Positions 1-10,578 of a DNA stretch of 64,000 bases are shown one piece after another (the first letter of the stretch is position 1; each line of letters opens with the position of its first letter). The translations under genes were made by a program, and so were the position numbers. The DNA is from Anoxybacillus sp. (lineage in GTDB: Bacteria > Bacillota > Bacilli > Bacillales > Anoxybacillaceae), in the NCBI GenBank assembly GCA_035645275.1, contig DASQMX010000005.1:33332-97331 (forward strand), written 5' to 3'. The notes beneath the pieces were generated by a model. The model did no database searches and was not told the DNA's origin. It worked only from the letters and a program-made list of their open reading frames with translations.

Positions 1-195
1 AGACCATTCTTCTACTAAATCTGCTTCTTCATCTGCTAGTTCGTCGTCTATTGGTTCTTCATGCCAGTTTTTCTCTTCATAGACATCGCTCTCATCAATG
101 GAATCGTCAAGTTCGAAATATTCTTCTGTCATGTCGCTTTCGGCGAAGTTTTCATATTCACTTTCCGTTTTGACATGAATAATTTCAAAGCACAT
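1..195 (-). CDS. N-terminal part of a highly acidic hypothetical protein (runs off the left edge)
   Basis: Minus frame reads MCFEIIHVKTESEYENFAESDMTEEYFELDDSIDESDVYEEKNWHEEPIDDELADEEADLVEEWS without a stop; start codon uncertain. Confidence 0.5.
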   Translation of the reverse strand, partial: MCFEIIHVKTESEYENFAESDMTEEYFELDDSIDESDVYEEKNWHEEPIDDELADEEADLVEEWS

Positions 196-325
196 GAATC
201 CATTAAAAAAGCTTAATAACCTTGAAAAGGCAGTTGAAAAAATAGTTCTGAAGACCCCATTTTTTAAATGCTTAGTTACCTCTCCTTTACATGTTCATAT
301 ATTAATAATGAAGGGAGGAATGAGT

Positions 326-511
326 ATGGATAGACTTGTACTTTTATTCTTAGCTTGCGTCCTTGCCGGTTTTGCACTAATCGAGCTGCCTTTAGCCGGT
401 ACAGCTTTAGCGAGTATAGCGCCAGTAACATTCTATATTGGGATTATATCCGTTCTTGTTTTTTCACTAATCCTTATATTTAAAGGAGTATCGGCCTTAG
501 TTGGCAAATAG
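326..511 (+). CDS. small two-TM membrane protein
   Basis: GGAGG at 314-318 before ATG 326; two hydrophobic stretches; the ORF-track extension to 194 is probably spurious. Confidence 0.7.
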   Translation: MDRLVLLFLACVLAGFALIELPLAGTALASIAPVTFYIGIISVLVFSLILIFKGVSALVGK

Positions 512-520
512 ATCTATAAC

Positions 521-634
521 GCTGACCCTAAAGCAAAGTGTCATACCCCACAACACAATATATCGAATATCTCATTGGATCAATGAATGATATATTGTAA
601 AATGCACGTGAGGTGAGACACTTATGGGTCAGCC
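521..634. mobile_element. MITE-like inverted-repeat element, copy 1 (IS1182-like termini)
   Basis: GCTGACCCTAAAGCAAAGTGTCATACCCCAC...GTGAGGTGAGACACTTATGGGTCAGC; related copies at 31258 and 39406. Confidence 0.65.
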
Positions 635-893
635 CTGAAAGCATTGGTTCAAGCCCCATACTTATTTTTATACATAGATTCCAATTTCTTCTTCATAGGT
701 TGTCAACGCCTCATCAAGCATCTGTAAGCCATCATCAATTTGTCCTCGAAGTTTGTCCGACTCGTAACAGACACGGCTTCAAACAATAGGATGATTTTCT
801 CATCTTATTTTTTACAATTTTTGATATGATATTTATAATATTCCAGTATAATTATTTTAGATGTTAACTTGGACAAAAGAGGAGATGACACCA

Positions 894-2198
894 ATGAATT
901 TCACATTTTTTTGGAAAAAAAGAGAAAATTCAAATGCTGGCGTCGCTGAAGTTCTGAATAGTCCGGCTTCTCCGGTTCGTCTTCAAGATGCCGTAATGGA
1001 AAAACAGCTAGAAATGATCGAATTAACCAAACGGGATTTAGCGATGTTAACAGAGTTAAAACCATTTATTGAGGAAAAAATCGATTTTATCGTGACACGC
1101 TTTTACGATACACTGCAAAAAGAGCCGTCCCTGCTTGAAATTATTAATCGGCACAGTTCTGTCGACCGATTGAAACAAACACTCAAAATTCATATCATCG
1201 AAATGTTTAGCGGAAAAATCGATGAGGAATTTATTGAAAAACGGACGCGCATTGCTGTTACGCATTTGCGAATCGGCTTATTGCCAAAATGGTATATGTG
1301 TGCGTTTCAACAGCTGCTTTTATCCATTTGGGAAGTGATTTCACCACACATTCACGATCCGCATATGTTAACCGAAGCGATGAAATCGGTGACGAAAATA
1401 CTGAGCTTCGAGCAGCAGCTTGTCTTAGAACAATATGAGAAAACAAACGAAGAAACCCGGCTTCAAATAGAACGGTTAAAAAATGAACTAAAAGAACAGC
1501 TGAAAGCAACGGCGCAAGAGCTTTCCAGTGTATCAAGCGAAGTGAGCTCCTCCGTTTCTGAACTGACTGATCAGGCAAAAGAAATTTTAAATTTTGCTGA
1601 AGAAGCATCGTCCATTGCGGATTTGAGCGAACGGCAGTCTGTTGAAGGACAGCAAAAACTGCAAAATCAACTGTCAACGATCAACAGCATTGAAGCGATG
1701 ATGGCGAAAATTCAGGCAGAAATGCAGAGTTTACAACAGTCGGCTAATAAAATTGAAAACATCAATAGCCTTGTCACTGCTATTGCCGATCAAACAAACA
1801 TGTTATCGTTAAACGCTTCCATTGAAGCGGCACGAGCGGGAGAACATGGAAAAGGGTTTGCTGTTGTAGCAAATGAGGTGCGCAATTTAGCGTCACAAAC
1901 AAAACAATCAGTCTCTGGCGTGACGGAAATATTAAATGAAATCAACAAAAAAATGAACATCATTTCCGAATCATTACAATCGATGGTAACGTTAGTTTCG
2001 GAAGGTACAGATGACATGGAAAAAATCAATCAATTTTTTAATACATTTGTAGCATCTCTGAAGCAAATTCAAGAGCAAAACCGTCGCATCGACCATGAAA
2101 TGAAACAATATGTTCACGTCGTAACAGAAATTAACGACGCCGTCTCTAACGTGGCTACTTCAGCCGAACAATTAGAGAGAATGACTTACCAATTATAA
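894..2198 (+). CDS. hemAT: globin-coupled heme aerotaxis sensor (protoglobin + MCP signalling domain)
   Basis: N-terminal globin (FYDTL...[18 protein letters not shown]) and MCP hairpin [34 protein letters not shown]; RBS GAGGAG before ATG 894. Confidence 0.9.
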   Translation: MNFTFFWKKRENSNAGVAEVLNSPASPVRLQDAVMEKQLEMIELTKRDLAMLTELKPFIEEKIDFIVTRFYDTLQKEPSLLEIINRHSSVDRLKQTLKIHIIEMFSGKIDEEFIEKRTRIAVTHLRIGLLPKWYMCAFQQLLLSIWEVISPHIHDPHMLTEAMKSVTKILSFEQQLVLEQYEKTNEETRLQIERLKNELKEQLKATAQELSSVSSEVSSSVSELTDQAKEILNFAEEASSIADLSERQSVEGQQKLQNQLSTINSIEAMMAKIQAEMQSLQQSANKIENINSLVTAIADQTNMLSLNASIEAARAGEHGKGFAVVANEVRNLASQTKQSVSGVTEILNEINKKMNIISESLQSMVTLVSEGTDDMEKINQFFNTFVASLKQIQEQNRRIDHEMKQYVHVVTEINDAVSNVATSAEQLERMTYQL

Positions 2199-2694
2199 TA
2201 AATGTCTTTCAATTCCCAAAAGAAAACTTGTTGAGAAATATTCTCATACATAAAAGAATATTTTATGTTCGTCCCTATTGTTTTTAATAAGAAATCTTTG
2301 TTTTAGCAAATAACTTGTCATTATGTTCATTACGAAAAAATCGTTCTGAAATAAATCTATTAATATGACATGTGCTCCGTTCTTAACATCTGAAGAAAGG
2401 AGCACATTTTTTAATGCAATTGACATTCACAAGAACCATTACTAAACGGTTTAATTCAGCTTTTGTCATAGTACAGTAACTTCCTTAATAAATTAGCCTT
2501 GGATTCCTAAATTTAAAATCGACGAACTCCATGGCAAAACGAATGTCTTGTTCAGAAATAATGGATTAATCAAATCCAAAAACATGATACGCTAAGGAGC
2601 GGCAGGCACCCTAATGCATTTTATAACACACAATTAGTATTTATTTGTTAAAATAGGAAATAAAATCAAATCACAATAGATAGGAGACTTTGCT

Positions 2695-3591
2695 GTGAAA
2701 GAGAGAATCTTTTTAGTTTTAGCGAATTTATTTTGGGCGGGAAACTATGTATTTGGAAAGTACGTCGTTACCGAGATGAGTCCATTATGGATTACTTTTA
2801 CCAGATGGCTGTTATCCTTAGCTTTTCTCATTCCGATTTCTTATTTTATTGAACGGCCTAATTACCGAGAAGTGTTTAAAAATTCTTGGTTACCGTTAAG
2901 TTGTATGGGGCTTCTTGGTGTGATTGGGTATAATCTCCTGCTTTACGGAGCATTAGAATATACATCACCGATGAATGCCTCATTAGTAAATGCACTGAAT
3001 CCGGCTATGATGGTTGTTTTTTCTTTTCTTATATTGAAAGAAAGAATGACTTGGGTGAATGTTGCAGGGTTTGCTCTTTCCCTTATTGGAGTGCTTTTTA
3101 TATTAACAAAGGGACATTTAGAATGGATTTTTCAAACAACATATAACCGCGGGGATTTAATGATGATCGTGGCGAATTTATGCTGGGTCTTTTACTCGAT
3201 TATTGGAAAAAGATTATCTGTTCCTCCGATTACGACAACAGCTTGTTCGGTTATTCTTAGTGTCATTTTTTTATTTCCATTTCTTTTACTGCAACCGTTT
3301 GATATAACTCAATTAAGTGCGAGAGGAATTACGGGAATTATCTATATGTGGCTGTTTCCATCGGTCTGTTCCTTTGTTTTTTGGAATGTGGCTGTAAAAA
3401 AAGTGGGGCCTGGCCATGCGGGTGTGTATTTAAACTTGATTACGGTATTTACTGCGATCATTACATTAATGTTAGGAGAAAAAATTCTCACTTCACAAAT
3501 CATTGGCGGTGCTCTCGTGCTCGGCGGAGTTTATTTTGCTACAAAAATATTGAAACCAAAAGAGAAGGTCATAACAAGCGCGCAGTTGTAG
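2695..3591 (+). CDS. DMT/EamA family transporter
   Basis: LFWAGNYVFGK motif, two EamA repeats, about 10 TM; AGGAG RBS before GTG. Confidence 0.9.
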   Translation: MKERIFLVLANLFWAGNYVFGKYVVTEMSPLWITFTRWLLSLAFLIPISYFIERPNYREVFKNSWLPLSCMGLLGVIGYNLLLYGALEYTSPMNASLVNALNPAMMVVFSFLILKERMTWVNVAGFALSLIGVLFILTKGHLEWIFQTTYNRGDLMMIVANLCWVFYSIIGKRLSVPPITTTACSVILSVIFLFPFLLLQPFDITQLSARGITGIIYMWLFPSVCSFVFWNVAVKKVGPGHAGVYLNLITVFTAIITLMLGEKILTSQIIGGALVLGGVYFATKILKPKEKVITSAQL

Positions 3592-3703
3592 ATTTTTACA
3601 TAATTTTAAAAAAAGTCTCCCTATAAAAAAACAAAAAGATGGTGCTCAAAATTCCGCAATGAGTTATTGTATAATGATTAAAAATCGTTAAGAAGGTGAA
3701 AAA

Positions 3704-4426
3704 ATGTTAGCGCAATGGTTAAAGACGTCCAAGTATACGGTCGTGCTCACAGGTGCTGGCATGTCGACAGAAAGCGGGCTGCCGGATTTCCGTTCGGCAC
3801 AAACAGGATTATGGAATAAGAAAAATCCACAACAGTTAGCAAGTACATACGCACTGAAACATCATCGAGATGAGTTTATTGCATTTTATCAATATCGTAT
3901 TCGTACGCTGCACCAATGTAAGCCGCATACAGGACATATCCTTTTATCCGAATGGGAGAAACGCGGGATTGTTCAAAACATCATTACGCAAAATGTGGAC
4001 GGATTTCACCAGCAAGCAGGCAGTAAAAACGTGATCGAACTTCACGGATCATTGCGAACCGTTCATTGTCAACGATGCCATAAAGTATACGCCAGCGATA
4101 TGTATATCAATGAAGAATTTTATTGTACTTGTGGCGGTTTTTTGCGCCCGTCCGTCGTCTTATTTGGCGAATCTCTGCCATCAGATGCAATCGAGAAGGC
4201 ATGGTTGGCTGCGCAAAAAGCAGAATTATTAATCGTCTTAGGCTCTTCTTTACAAGTATCGCCAGCCAATCAACTGCCGCTCTTGGCAAAACGAAGCGGC
4301 GCCAAGCTGGTCATTGTGAATATGGAGCCGACGGAATTGGATGAATGGGCAGATTTCGTCATCCATCATCGAAAAATCAGTGAAGTTCTTAAAGAATTAG
4401 AAAGTCAGTTAAAAGCGGGTGAATAG
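3704..4426 (+). CDS. cobB: NAD-dependent protein deacylase (sirtuin)
   Basis: GAGMSTESGLPDFR, TQNVDGFH, HGS, CxxC...CxC zinc ligands, RPSVVLFGE. Confidence 0.92.
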   Translation: MLAQWLKTSKYTVVLTGAGMSTESGLPDFRSAQTGLWNKKNPQQLASTYALKHHRDEFIAFYQYRIRTLHQCKPHTGHILLSEWEKRGIVQNIITQNVDGFHQQAGSKNVIELHGSLRTVHCQRCHKVYASDMYINEEFYCTCGGFLRPSVVLFGESLPSDAIEKAWLAAQKAELLIVLGSSLQVSPANQLPLLAKRSGAKLVIVNMEPTELDEWADFVIHHRKISEVLKELESQLKAGE

Positions 4427-4430
4427 AAAT

Positions 4431-5306
4431 ATGAACGTTTCGGCTATTTTGCGAAAAGCGCTTGACGAAATAGGTGACCGAACAGCAATTATCCAATGCA
4501 AAAGCGTATCTGGCGGCGACATCAATTCCGCCTATTATGTAAAAAGTAAATGTCGTTCGTATTTTGTAAAAGTAAACGAAAATATTCCTCCTCGCTTTTT
4601 TCAAAGTGAAGCAGCTGGTCTCGAATTATTGAGGAAAACGAATGCTGTTAAAGTTCCAAACGTATATTACGTCATGGAATCAGAAGATGGAGCTTATGGC
4701 TTGCTTTTGCTTGAATGGATTGAAGGGAAAAGAACAGAACAAACAGCCGTTTTGCTTGGCCAAGCAGTCGCTCAACTTCACCAATGTTATGGTCAACATT
4801 TTGGTTTAGCCGAAGACAATTATATCGGTCGGCTGCCGCAAAAAAATAGATTATATGAAAACTGGATTGATTATTTTAGCGAATGCCGGCTTCTTCCACA
4901 AATCCAGTTAGCGGAACAAAAAGGAAGAATGCCGACATCTAGACGAAACAAACTAGAAAAATTGTTAGTTTCGCTTAAACGTTGGCTTCCAGAAAAATGT
5001 CATCCTTCTTTACTGCATGGTGACCTTTGGGGAGGAAATTGGATTGTCGGAGCAAAAGGAGTTCCTTACCTCATCGATCCTTCTGTGTTTTATGGTCATT
5101 ACGAATTCGAAATAGCGTTTACGGAATTATTTGGCGGATTTCCAAAGCAATTTTATGAAGCGTACAATGAGATTCAACCGCTTTCTCCAGAATATATGGA
5201 AAGAAAAGAGCTGTATCAACTGTTTTATTTGCTTGTTCACCTTAATTTATTTGGAGAAACATATGGTTATTCCATCGATCGAATTTTGCAAAGATATGTT
5301 AGATAG
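4431..5306 (+). CDS. fructosamine-3-kinase family protein
   Basis: SGGDIN, FVK, DNYIG, PSLLHGDLWGGN, LIDP.VFYGHYEFEIA motifs; ATG 4431 lies 4 nt after the sirtuin stop. Confidence 0.9.
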   Translation: MNVSAILRKALDEIGDRTAIIQCKSVSGGDINSAYYVKSKCRSYFVKVNENIPPRFFQSEAAGLELLRKTNAVKVPNVYYVMESEDGAYGLLLLEWIEGKRTEQTAVLLGQAVAQLHQCYGQHFGLAEDNYIGRLPQKNRLYENWIDYFSECRLLPQIQLAEQKGRMPTSRRNKLEKLLVSLKRWLPEKCHPSLLHGDLWGGNWIVGAKGVPYLIDPSVFYGHYEFEIAFTELFGGFPKQFYEAYNEIQPLSPEYMERKELYQLFYLLVHLNLFGETYGYSIDRILQRYVR

Positions 5307-5327
5307 CTTAACCTTCAACTTTGTTAG

Positions 5328-7229
5328 TTAATCGGTTCGCCACCTTTGGGGGATTTCAAATTTCTTCTGATAATGACTTAATGCTAGTAAAGGAAATACA
5401 TGCTGGTAACTGTGATAATGAATATAAAATCCCCCTGCCATTCCTTGCCCTGTTGGATAGGAAGTCGTCCAGTCGTCTCTTTTGGCGGATTGGAGGATAA
5501 ATTTGATTCCAGCTTGAATTTCCGGTATAGGTTCGTCAAAGACGGCAATGAGCGCGTCTAGTGCCCAAGCCGTGTGCGTTAATGTACTTTTCCCTAACGG
5601 AACGTACGTTTTCTTTATATCACTTTTACACGACTCGCCCCATCCCCCATCATGGTTCTGGATGTTTAACAACCATTTCACTGCCTTTTGAATAGCCGGA
5701 TGCTTCGGAGAGACTCCCACCGAAATCATTCCGGTGACAGCGGCCCATGTTCCATATATATAGCAAATCCCCCATCTGCCATACCAAGACCCGTTTTTTT
5801 CTTGATGGTCCACCAACCACTCTACCCCTCTTTGGATGGCTGGGTGTTGTTTAGATAAATGGGTGAAATTTCCGAAAAACTCTAACGTTCTTCCGGTTAA
5901 ATCTGCCGTAGACGGATCGGTTAATAAGAACTCCGCTCCTTGAATCGGAATATGGTGTAAAATGCGCTTATTTACATTCTTTTCAAACGCCCCGTAACCT
6001 CCATCATCATTTTGCATCGAGAACAGCCAATTTAGCCCTCTATCCCATGCCTGACGGAATAAAGGTTCTTTCACCACCCATTTGTGGATGGCTCTTAAAG
6101 AAGCCGTTGTATCATCAACATCCGGATTCATTGTATTGATGTTTGAAAATCCCCATCCCCCTGGCAAGCTGTAAGGATTGTGAATGGCCCAATCGCCATA
6201 TCGGTAGTGCTGCCGTGAAAGAAGATAGCGGTTTGCTTTTTCAATAACGGGGGCTTCAGAGGAAACTCCTGCTTCTTGTAAGGCATAACTCACTAAGGAA
6301 GTGTTCCAAACGGTTGCGGTTGTATATTGGATGTGAGGGTAGCCATTAATTTGGCAAATAAAAGACTTTAATCCGTTCACCGCTTTTATAATGATCGGAT
6401 GATTTTTCGGATATCCAAGTGACAACAAAGCAAAAATCATGAGGAAAGTAGAACTAAAATAACTATAGAATGTTCCATCTGGTTCTATACGGTTTAGCAT
6501 ATATTGTTTGGCATGATGAATGGCTGTTGAGTGAATATATTGCGGTAAACCAATGAAACTTTTAAGTCCCTGTTTCATATAAGAAAGAAAAGACCGCTCC
6601 ATTTGTAACAATCTCCAGTAATCATCTTCTTTCAATCTCGAAACAAATAAATCGGAAAGATCTGGACTTCTTCTCGTTTTTATACGAAATTTGTTGTCAG
6701 CTAGAATGAAAATCGGTGTAAGATTGGCTCTTCCAGAGACGGAAAAATCCCAAAAGTTGATAGGAAACGAAAGAGGCAAAAGGATGATTTCAACAGGAAT
6801 AGGAAAAAATTTCGGCCATGGATATTGCCCTGTTAAAGAAAGCATAAATTTTGCAAACATATGCACGTTTTCTATTCCACCCATTTCTAAAATCCGCCGT
6901 TTTGCAGCTTGCATGTTTTTATCGTTTTTCTTGCGATATCCGGAATAGAGAAGCGCGTAATACGCTTCAACCGTTGCCGTTACATTTCCTTCCCCTTCGT
7001 CATAGAAAAGTTTCCATGCTCCGTTACTTTGCTGCTTACTTTCGATTCTTTCCACTAACGCTTTGATGAAGTCTTCATCATTTATTTCCAACGTACGTAA
7101 TAAGATGATCATATAAGCATCCGTCGAAATGCCCGTTTCAAAAGGATAACGCCATGATCCATCTGGAGATTGTTCATTTTTCAATTGATTCACGATTCGC
7201 TTAATCTCTTTTTGAATGCTAAACCTCAC
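5328..7229 (-). CDS. sqhC: squalene-hopene/sporulenol (tetraprenyl-beta-curcumene) cyclase
   Basis: QW repeats (QSPDGSW, QNDDGG, QEKNGSWYGRWG, QNHDGGWGES) and DVDDTTA catalytic motif; likely GTG start at 7229 after AAGGGA; the ORF-track extension to 7514 is spurious. Confidence 0.88.
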   Translation of the reverse strand: MRFSIQKEIKRIVNQLKNEQSPDGSWRYPFETGISTDAYMIILLRTLEINDEDFIKALVERIESKQQSNGAWKLFYDEGEGNVTATVEAYYALLYSGYRKKNDKNMQAAKRRILEMGGIENVHMFAKFMLSLTGQYPWPKFFPIPVEIILLPLSFPINFWDFSVSGRANLTPIFILADNKFRIKTRRSPDLSDLFVSRLKEDDYWRLLQMERSFLSYMKQGLKSFIGLPQYIHSTAIHHAKQYMLNRIEPDGTFYSYFSSTFLMIFALLSLGYPKNHPIIIKAVNGLKSFICQINGYPHIQYTTATVWNTSLVSYALQEAGVSSEAPVIEKANRYLLSRQHYRYGDWAIHNPYSLPGGWGFSNINTMNPDVDDTTASLRAIHKWVVKEPLFRQAWDRGLNWLFSMQNDDGGYGAFEKNVNKRILHHIPIQGAEFLLTDPSTADLTGRTLEFFGNFTHLSKQHPAIQRGVEWLVDHQEKNGSWYGRWGICYIYGTWAAVTGMISVGVSPKHPAIQKAVKWLLNIQNHDGGWGESCKSDIKKTYVPLGKSTLTHTAWALDALIAVFDEPIPEIQAGIKFILQSAKRDDWTTSYPTGQGMAGGFYIHYHSYQHVFPLLALSHYQKKFEIPQRWRTD

Positions 7230-7308
7230 ATTCGCCATCCCTTTCATTTTAAAAAATGAGCACTTATCTATACTTATTCCCGCATATGGAAAACGATTCA
7301 TCGAGGGA

Positions 7309-8493
7309 GTGGTAGACATTTTTTGGCTAATAAAGAAAAAGAAAAAGAAAAATCCGGTTATCCCTCCATTTCTTCTGGAAATAAAAGAGGAATTAAAGAA
7401 AAAGAGCAAAGATTTAAAGACGGCAACGATGAAAGAAACCGATTTAACCAAAGCAGAAAAAAAGCTAGTCCAACAAACACTCATGCAAACAAAAATAAAA
7501 AATGAAAACAACATAACAAGAACACAAGCATACTTTGATTTTTATCAACGTTATCCGGAAATTCATTGGGCACTTTTAGGACATATGGTATCAAGAAATG
7601 GCGGCTGGAATATGACCGATTTAAAAGGAGAACTGTTAGTAAATTTATTAGCAGAGAAGGAACAGCAATCTTTCTTTTCCTTTTTAGAACGCGGAAATTG
7701 GCTTATTTTTCAGGATGTATATCCACAATTTTTACTTTATGAAGAAAGTATGAAAAGAAAAAGACCGCTTTTTTACCTTCTTCCTATTTTTCATGTATCA
7801 ACATTTATGGAAACGATCTGGAGCCACTTTTGGAAATATCGTAACCCCTATATACTGGCCATTGCTCTTGTTATTAATGAACAAAGCTATTTGCAAAAAC
7901 AAGTCATCCAAAATCATCTTTTTCAAAAAACAGTATTGAATACGATTGAATTTAAGCTTCAAGATTTTCTCTCCTTAAATCATATTCTTTTTCCTTACTA
8001 TGACTCCGAACATGAAAAGCGAAATATAGGACTCATTGGGCAAACGTTACATCATTTCGCTTCGCTTCATGAACGGATCTTATTAGGAAAACGATTATAT
8101 TCTTTACTTTTTTGCAAGAAAGATAGATTAAATAAAGTTGTTCGTTGGGCTATGTCGCAGCCGCATACGGGAACTCGTAAAGATTACTGGCCTCACCTGT
8201 TTAATGACGTTTACGAATCAGCGCCAGGGCAACCTTACAGACGCCGCATAAAGGATTGTCAAATACAAATAGGAATCCCGCGGATATATAGTCCAAGATT
8301 AGCGTACGCATGGAAAAATGTTACACACGCAGAAGCAGACAGAGAGGATTGGTTCGATGACTGGACCATTATCGATTATTTAAACAAACAAGATGAAGAT
8401 GTGAATGGAGTGATTACCTATGAATACTGCCAAACACTCGAAAAAATGGAACTTGCCATTATCGCAAAGAAAGCCATTTTCCGCCCGCAGTAA
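7309..8493 (+). CDS. DUF2515 family protein
   Basis: N.NNITRT.AY..FY..YPEIHWALLGHMVSRNGGWNMTDL and HTGTR.DYW motifs; start uncertain (RBS GAGGGAG at 7303). Confidence 0.75.
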   Translation: MVDIFWLIKKKKKKNPVIPPFLLEIKEELKKKSKDLKTATMKETDLTKAEKKLVQQTLMQTKIKNENNITRTQAYFDFYQRYPEIHWALLGHMVSRNGGWNMTDLKGELLVNLLAEKEQQSFFSFLERGNWLIFQDVYPQFLLYEESMKRKRPLFYLLPIFHVSTFMETIWSHFWKYRNPYILAIALVINEQSYLQKQVIQNHLFQKTVLNTIEFKLQDFLSLNHILFPYYDSEHEKRNIGLIGQTLHHFASLHERILLGKRLYSLLFCKKDRLNKVVRWAMSQPHTGTRKDYWPHLFNDVYESAPGQPYRRRIKDCQIQIGIPRIYSPRLAYAWKNVTHAEADREDWFDDWTIIDYLNKQDEDVNGVITYEYCQTLEKMELAIIAKKAIFRPQ

Positions 8494-8875
8494 AGATTTT
8501 TCCGCTTATATTTCTACCATTCTGTTTGCCTCATGGATCGGAACCTATTTGGATCTTTATTTTGTCGGAAAACAATTGTATAACTTTCCGATCCGGCCAT
8601 ATTCAAATATTTTTACCATTAACATTGCATTTACACTGCTTGGCCTGCCAATCCTAACAACTTTTTTTCTTTATTTTATAGAAAAGATGAAAACTTGGAA
8701 AAAAGGAATCTTTATCGTCACGATTAGCCTAATCATGATGCTTAGTGAAAAACAATCAGAAGCAATCGGTTGGTTTGCTCACAATGACCAATGGGAACAT
8801 TACTATTCCTTTTTTGGATATATACTTTTTATGACAATCATTTGGAAGTTCTACCGCTGGATGAGTTCAATGTAG
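8420..8875 (+). CDS. small membrane protein (CBO0543-like)
   Basis: 4 TM, GTYLDLYFVGKQLY.FP.RP motif; overlaps the end of DUF2515. Confidence 0.6.
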   Translation: MNTAKHSKKWNLPLSQRKPFSARSKDFSAYISTILFASWIGTYLDLYFVGKQLYNFPIRPYSNIFTINIAFTLLGLPILTTFFLYFIEKMKTWKKGIFIVTISLIMMLSEKQSEAIGWFAHNDQWEHYYSFFGYILFMTIIWKFYRWMSSM

Positions 8876-9054
8876 ATCATTGGACATTATTGATGAGGTA
8901 GGGTGTTCTTATCTGAGGGCTCTCTGTCTTCTTCCATTGATTTAATATTGGTTTTGCTCATATATTGCCGCTGTTTCTTTCTGCATTTTGTTTAACACTC
9001 CACATGCTTGAATTTAAAATCAGTAACATTATTAACTAAACACTCCGATATCAT

Positions 9055-9098
9055 AAAAAATCCCGTACTCTTTTCATGAGTGCACGGGATCTTTTTTA
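9055..9098. terminator. bidirectional intrinsic terminator
   Basis: AAAAAATCCCGTACTC-TTTTCAT-GAGTGCACGGGATCTTTTTT between convergent genes. Confidence 0.6.
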
Positions 9099-9200
9099 GT
9101 TATAGCTATTTTTGCAGAATAGCAGGATTCTTTTATCTGAAAAAATGGCACCCGTAATCTTCTGACAATGATTACGAGTGCCATCTCGATTGTCAATTCA

Positions 9201-10553
9201 TTATTTGATTTGCCATATTGCCTCCGTTAACGTTTTCACTAAGAAGGAGAGATCTTCTTCTTCAATATTCAATGGTGGCGACAAGGTCAAAACGTTGTTA
9301 TAGCCGGCAACTGTCGTACCGTTTTTACCGATAATGAGTCCATTTTCCTTGCAAATGCTGATCACTTTATTGACAAGTGACACATCAAGCGGTTCTTTTG
9401 TACCTTTGTCGGCTACTAATTCAATTCCGATTAACAATCCTTTTCCGCGAACATCACCGACATAAGGATGATCTTGCAGTTTATTTTTTAACTCGTTTAA
9501 CAATCGTTCGCCGACTTCTCGCGAACGCTCGAATAAATTTTCTTTTTCCATAATTTCTAAGTTTTTTAAGGCGAGTGCACATGCTGCCGGATTGCCACCG
9601 AACGTGTTGACATGGCGGAAGTAATCATATTCTTCTGTTCCTTTGAATACTTCATAAATCTCTTTTCTGACGGCCGTTGCTGATAACGGCAAGTAGGCAC
9701 TTGTAATTCCTTTCGCCATGGTGATGATGTCCGGTTTCACACCATAATTCATGAATCCAAACGGTTTGCCCGTCCGGCCAAAACCGCAAATAACCTCATC
9801 GACAATGAGCAGGGCACCGTGTTTTTCACACACTTCTTTCACGGCTTTCATATATCCCTCAGGAGGAATCAGCACTCCCCCGCCCGTGATGATTGGTTCC
9901 ATGATCACCGCAGCAATCGTTTCGCTCAATTCCCACGTCATCACATCATCGATTGCTTTCACCGATTTCAAATTTCTCGGGTTTTCTGCCTGATCATCGT
10001 CACGGTAGCTGTCTGGAGGTGCTACGTGAATAAACCCGGGAGCGAGCGGTTCATATTTATATTTCCGCTGCGCCTGGCCTGTTGCCGCAAGCGCCCCCAG
10101 CGAATTTCCATGATACGCCCGATAACGGGAGATAATTTTATACCGGTTATGCTCCCCTCTTTGTTGATGGTATTGTCTTGCGATTTTGAACGCCGTTTCG
10201 TTCGCTTCCGAGCCGCTATTTGAGAAGAAAATGACATATTCATCGCCAAGAAGTTCGTTCAATTTCTCTCCCAGTTGAATAGCCGGTACATGGCTTTGCG
10301 TGAGCGGAAAATAAGCCAATTTTTTTAGTTGTTCATAGGCCGCTTCGGCCAATTCCTCCCGGCCGTACCCGACATTGACGCACCATAAGCCTGCCATGGC
10401 GTCTAAATATTTTTTCCCGGTATGATCCGTCACCCAACAACCTTTGGCTTCCGTCACCACTAACGTCGCATTCGGATTGTACGGTTTCATCGAATGCCAT
10501 ATATATTGATCATCTTTGGCTAACAATGATTGGCTTTGGTCGGTTTGAACCAT
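9201..10553 (-). CDS. class-III PLP aminotransferase, probably beta-alanine/omega-amino acid:pyruvate
   Basis: YLDAMAGLWCVNVGYG, SGSEANETAFK, YHG, DEVICGFGRTG, MAKG; cotranscribed with MMSDH next to the pyrimidine genes. Confidence 0.85.
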   Translation of the reverse strand: MVQTDQSQSLLAKDDQYIWHSMKPYNPNATLVVTEAKGCWVTDHTGKKYLDAMAGLWCVNVGYGREELAEAAYEQLKKLAYFPLTQSHVPAIQLGEKLNELLGDEYVIFFSNSGSEANETAFKIARQYHQQRGEHNRYKIISRYRAYHGNSLGALAATGQAQRKYKYEPLAPGFIHVAPPDSYRDDDQAENPRNLKSVKAIDDVMTWELSETIAAVIMEPIITGGGVLIPPEGYMKAVKEVCEKHGALLIVDEVICGFGRTGKPFGFMNYGVKPDIITMAKGITSAYLPLSATAVRKEIYEVFKGTEEYDYFRHVNTFGGNPAACALALKNLEIMEKENLFERSREVGERLLNELKNKLQDHPYVGDVRGKGLLIGIELVADKGTKEPLDVSLVNKVISICKENGLIIGKNGTTVAGYNNVLTLSPPLNIEEEDLSFLVKTLTEAIWQIK

Positions 10554-10578
10554 CTGTTTCCCCTTCTTTCTACACTAA

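Noticed and set aside
2244-2640. Short ORFs or an sRNA between hemAT and the DMT gene
   Set aside because: Only one hairpin (2370-2408) and no recognisable coding or RNA motif
7229-7514. Long antisense overlap of sqhC and DUF2515 ORFs
   Set aside because: Both ORF-track extensions are low-complexity read-through; RBS-supported starts leave a short divergent intergenic gap
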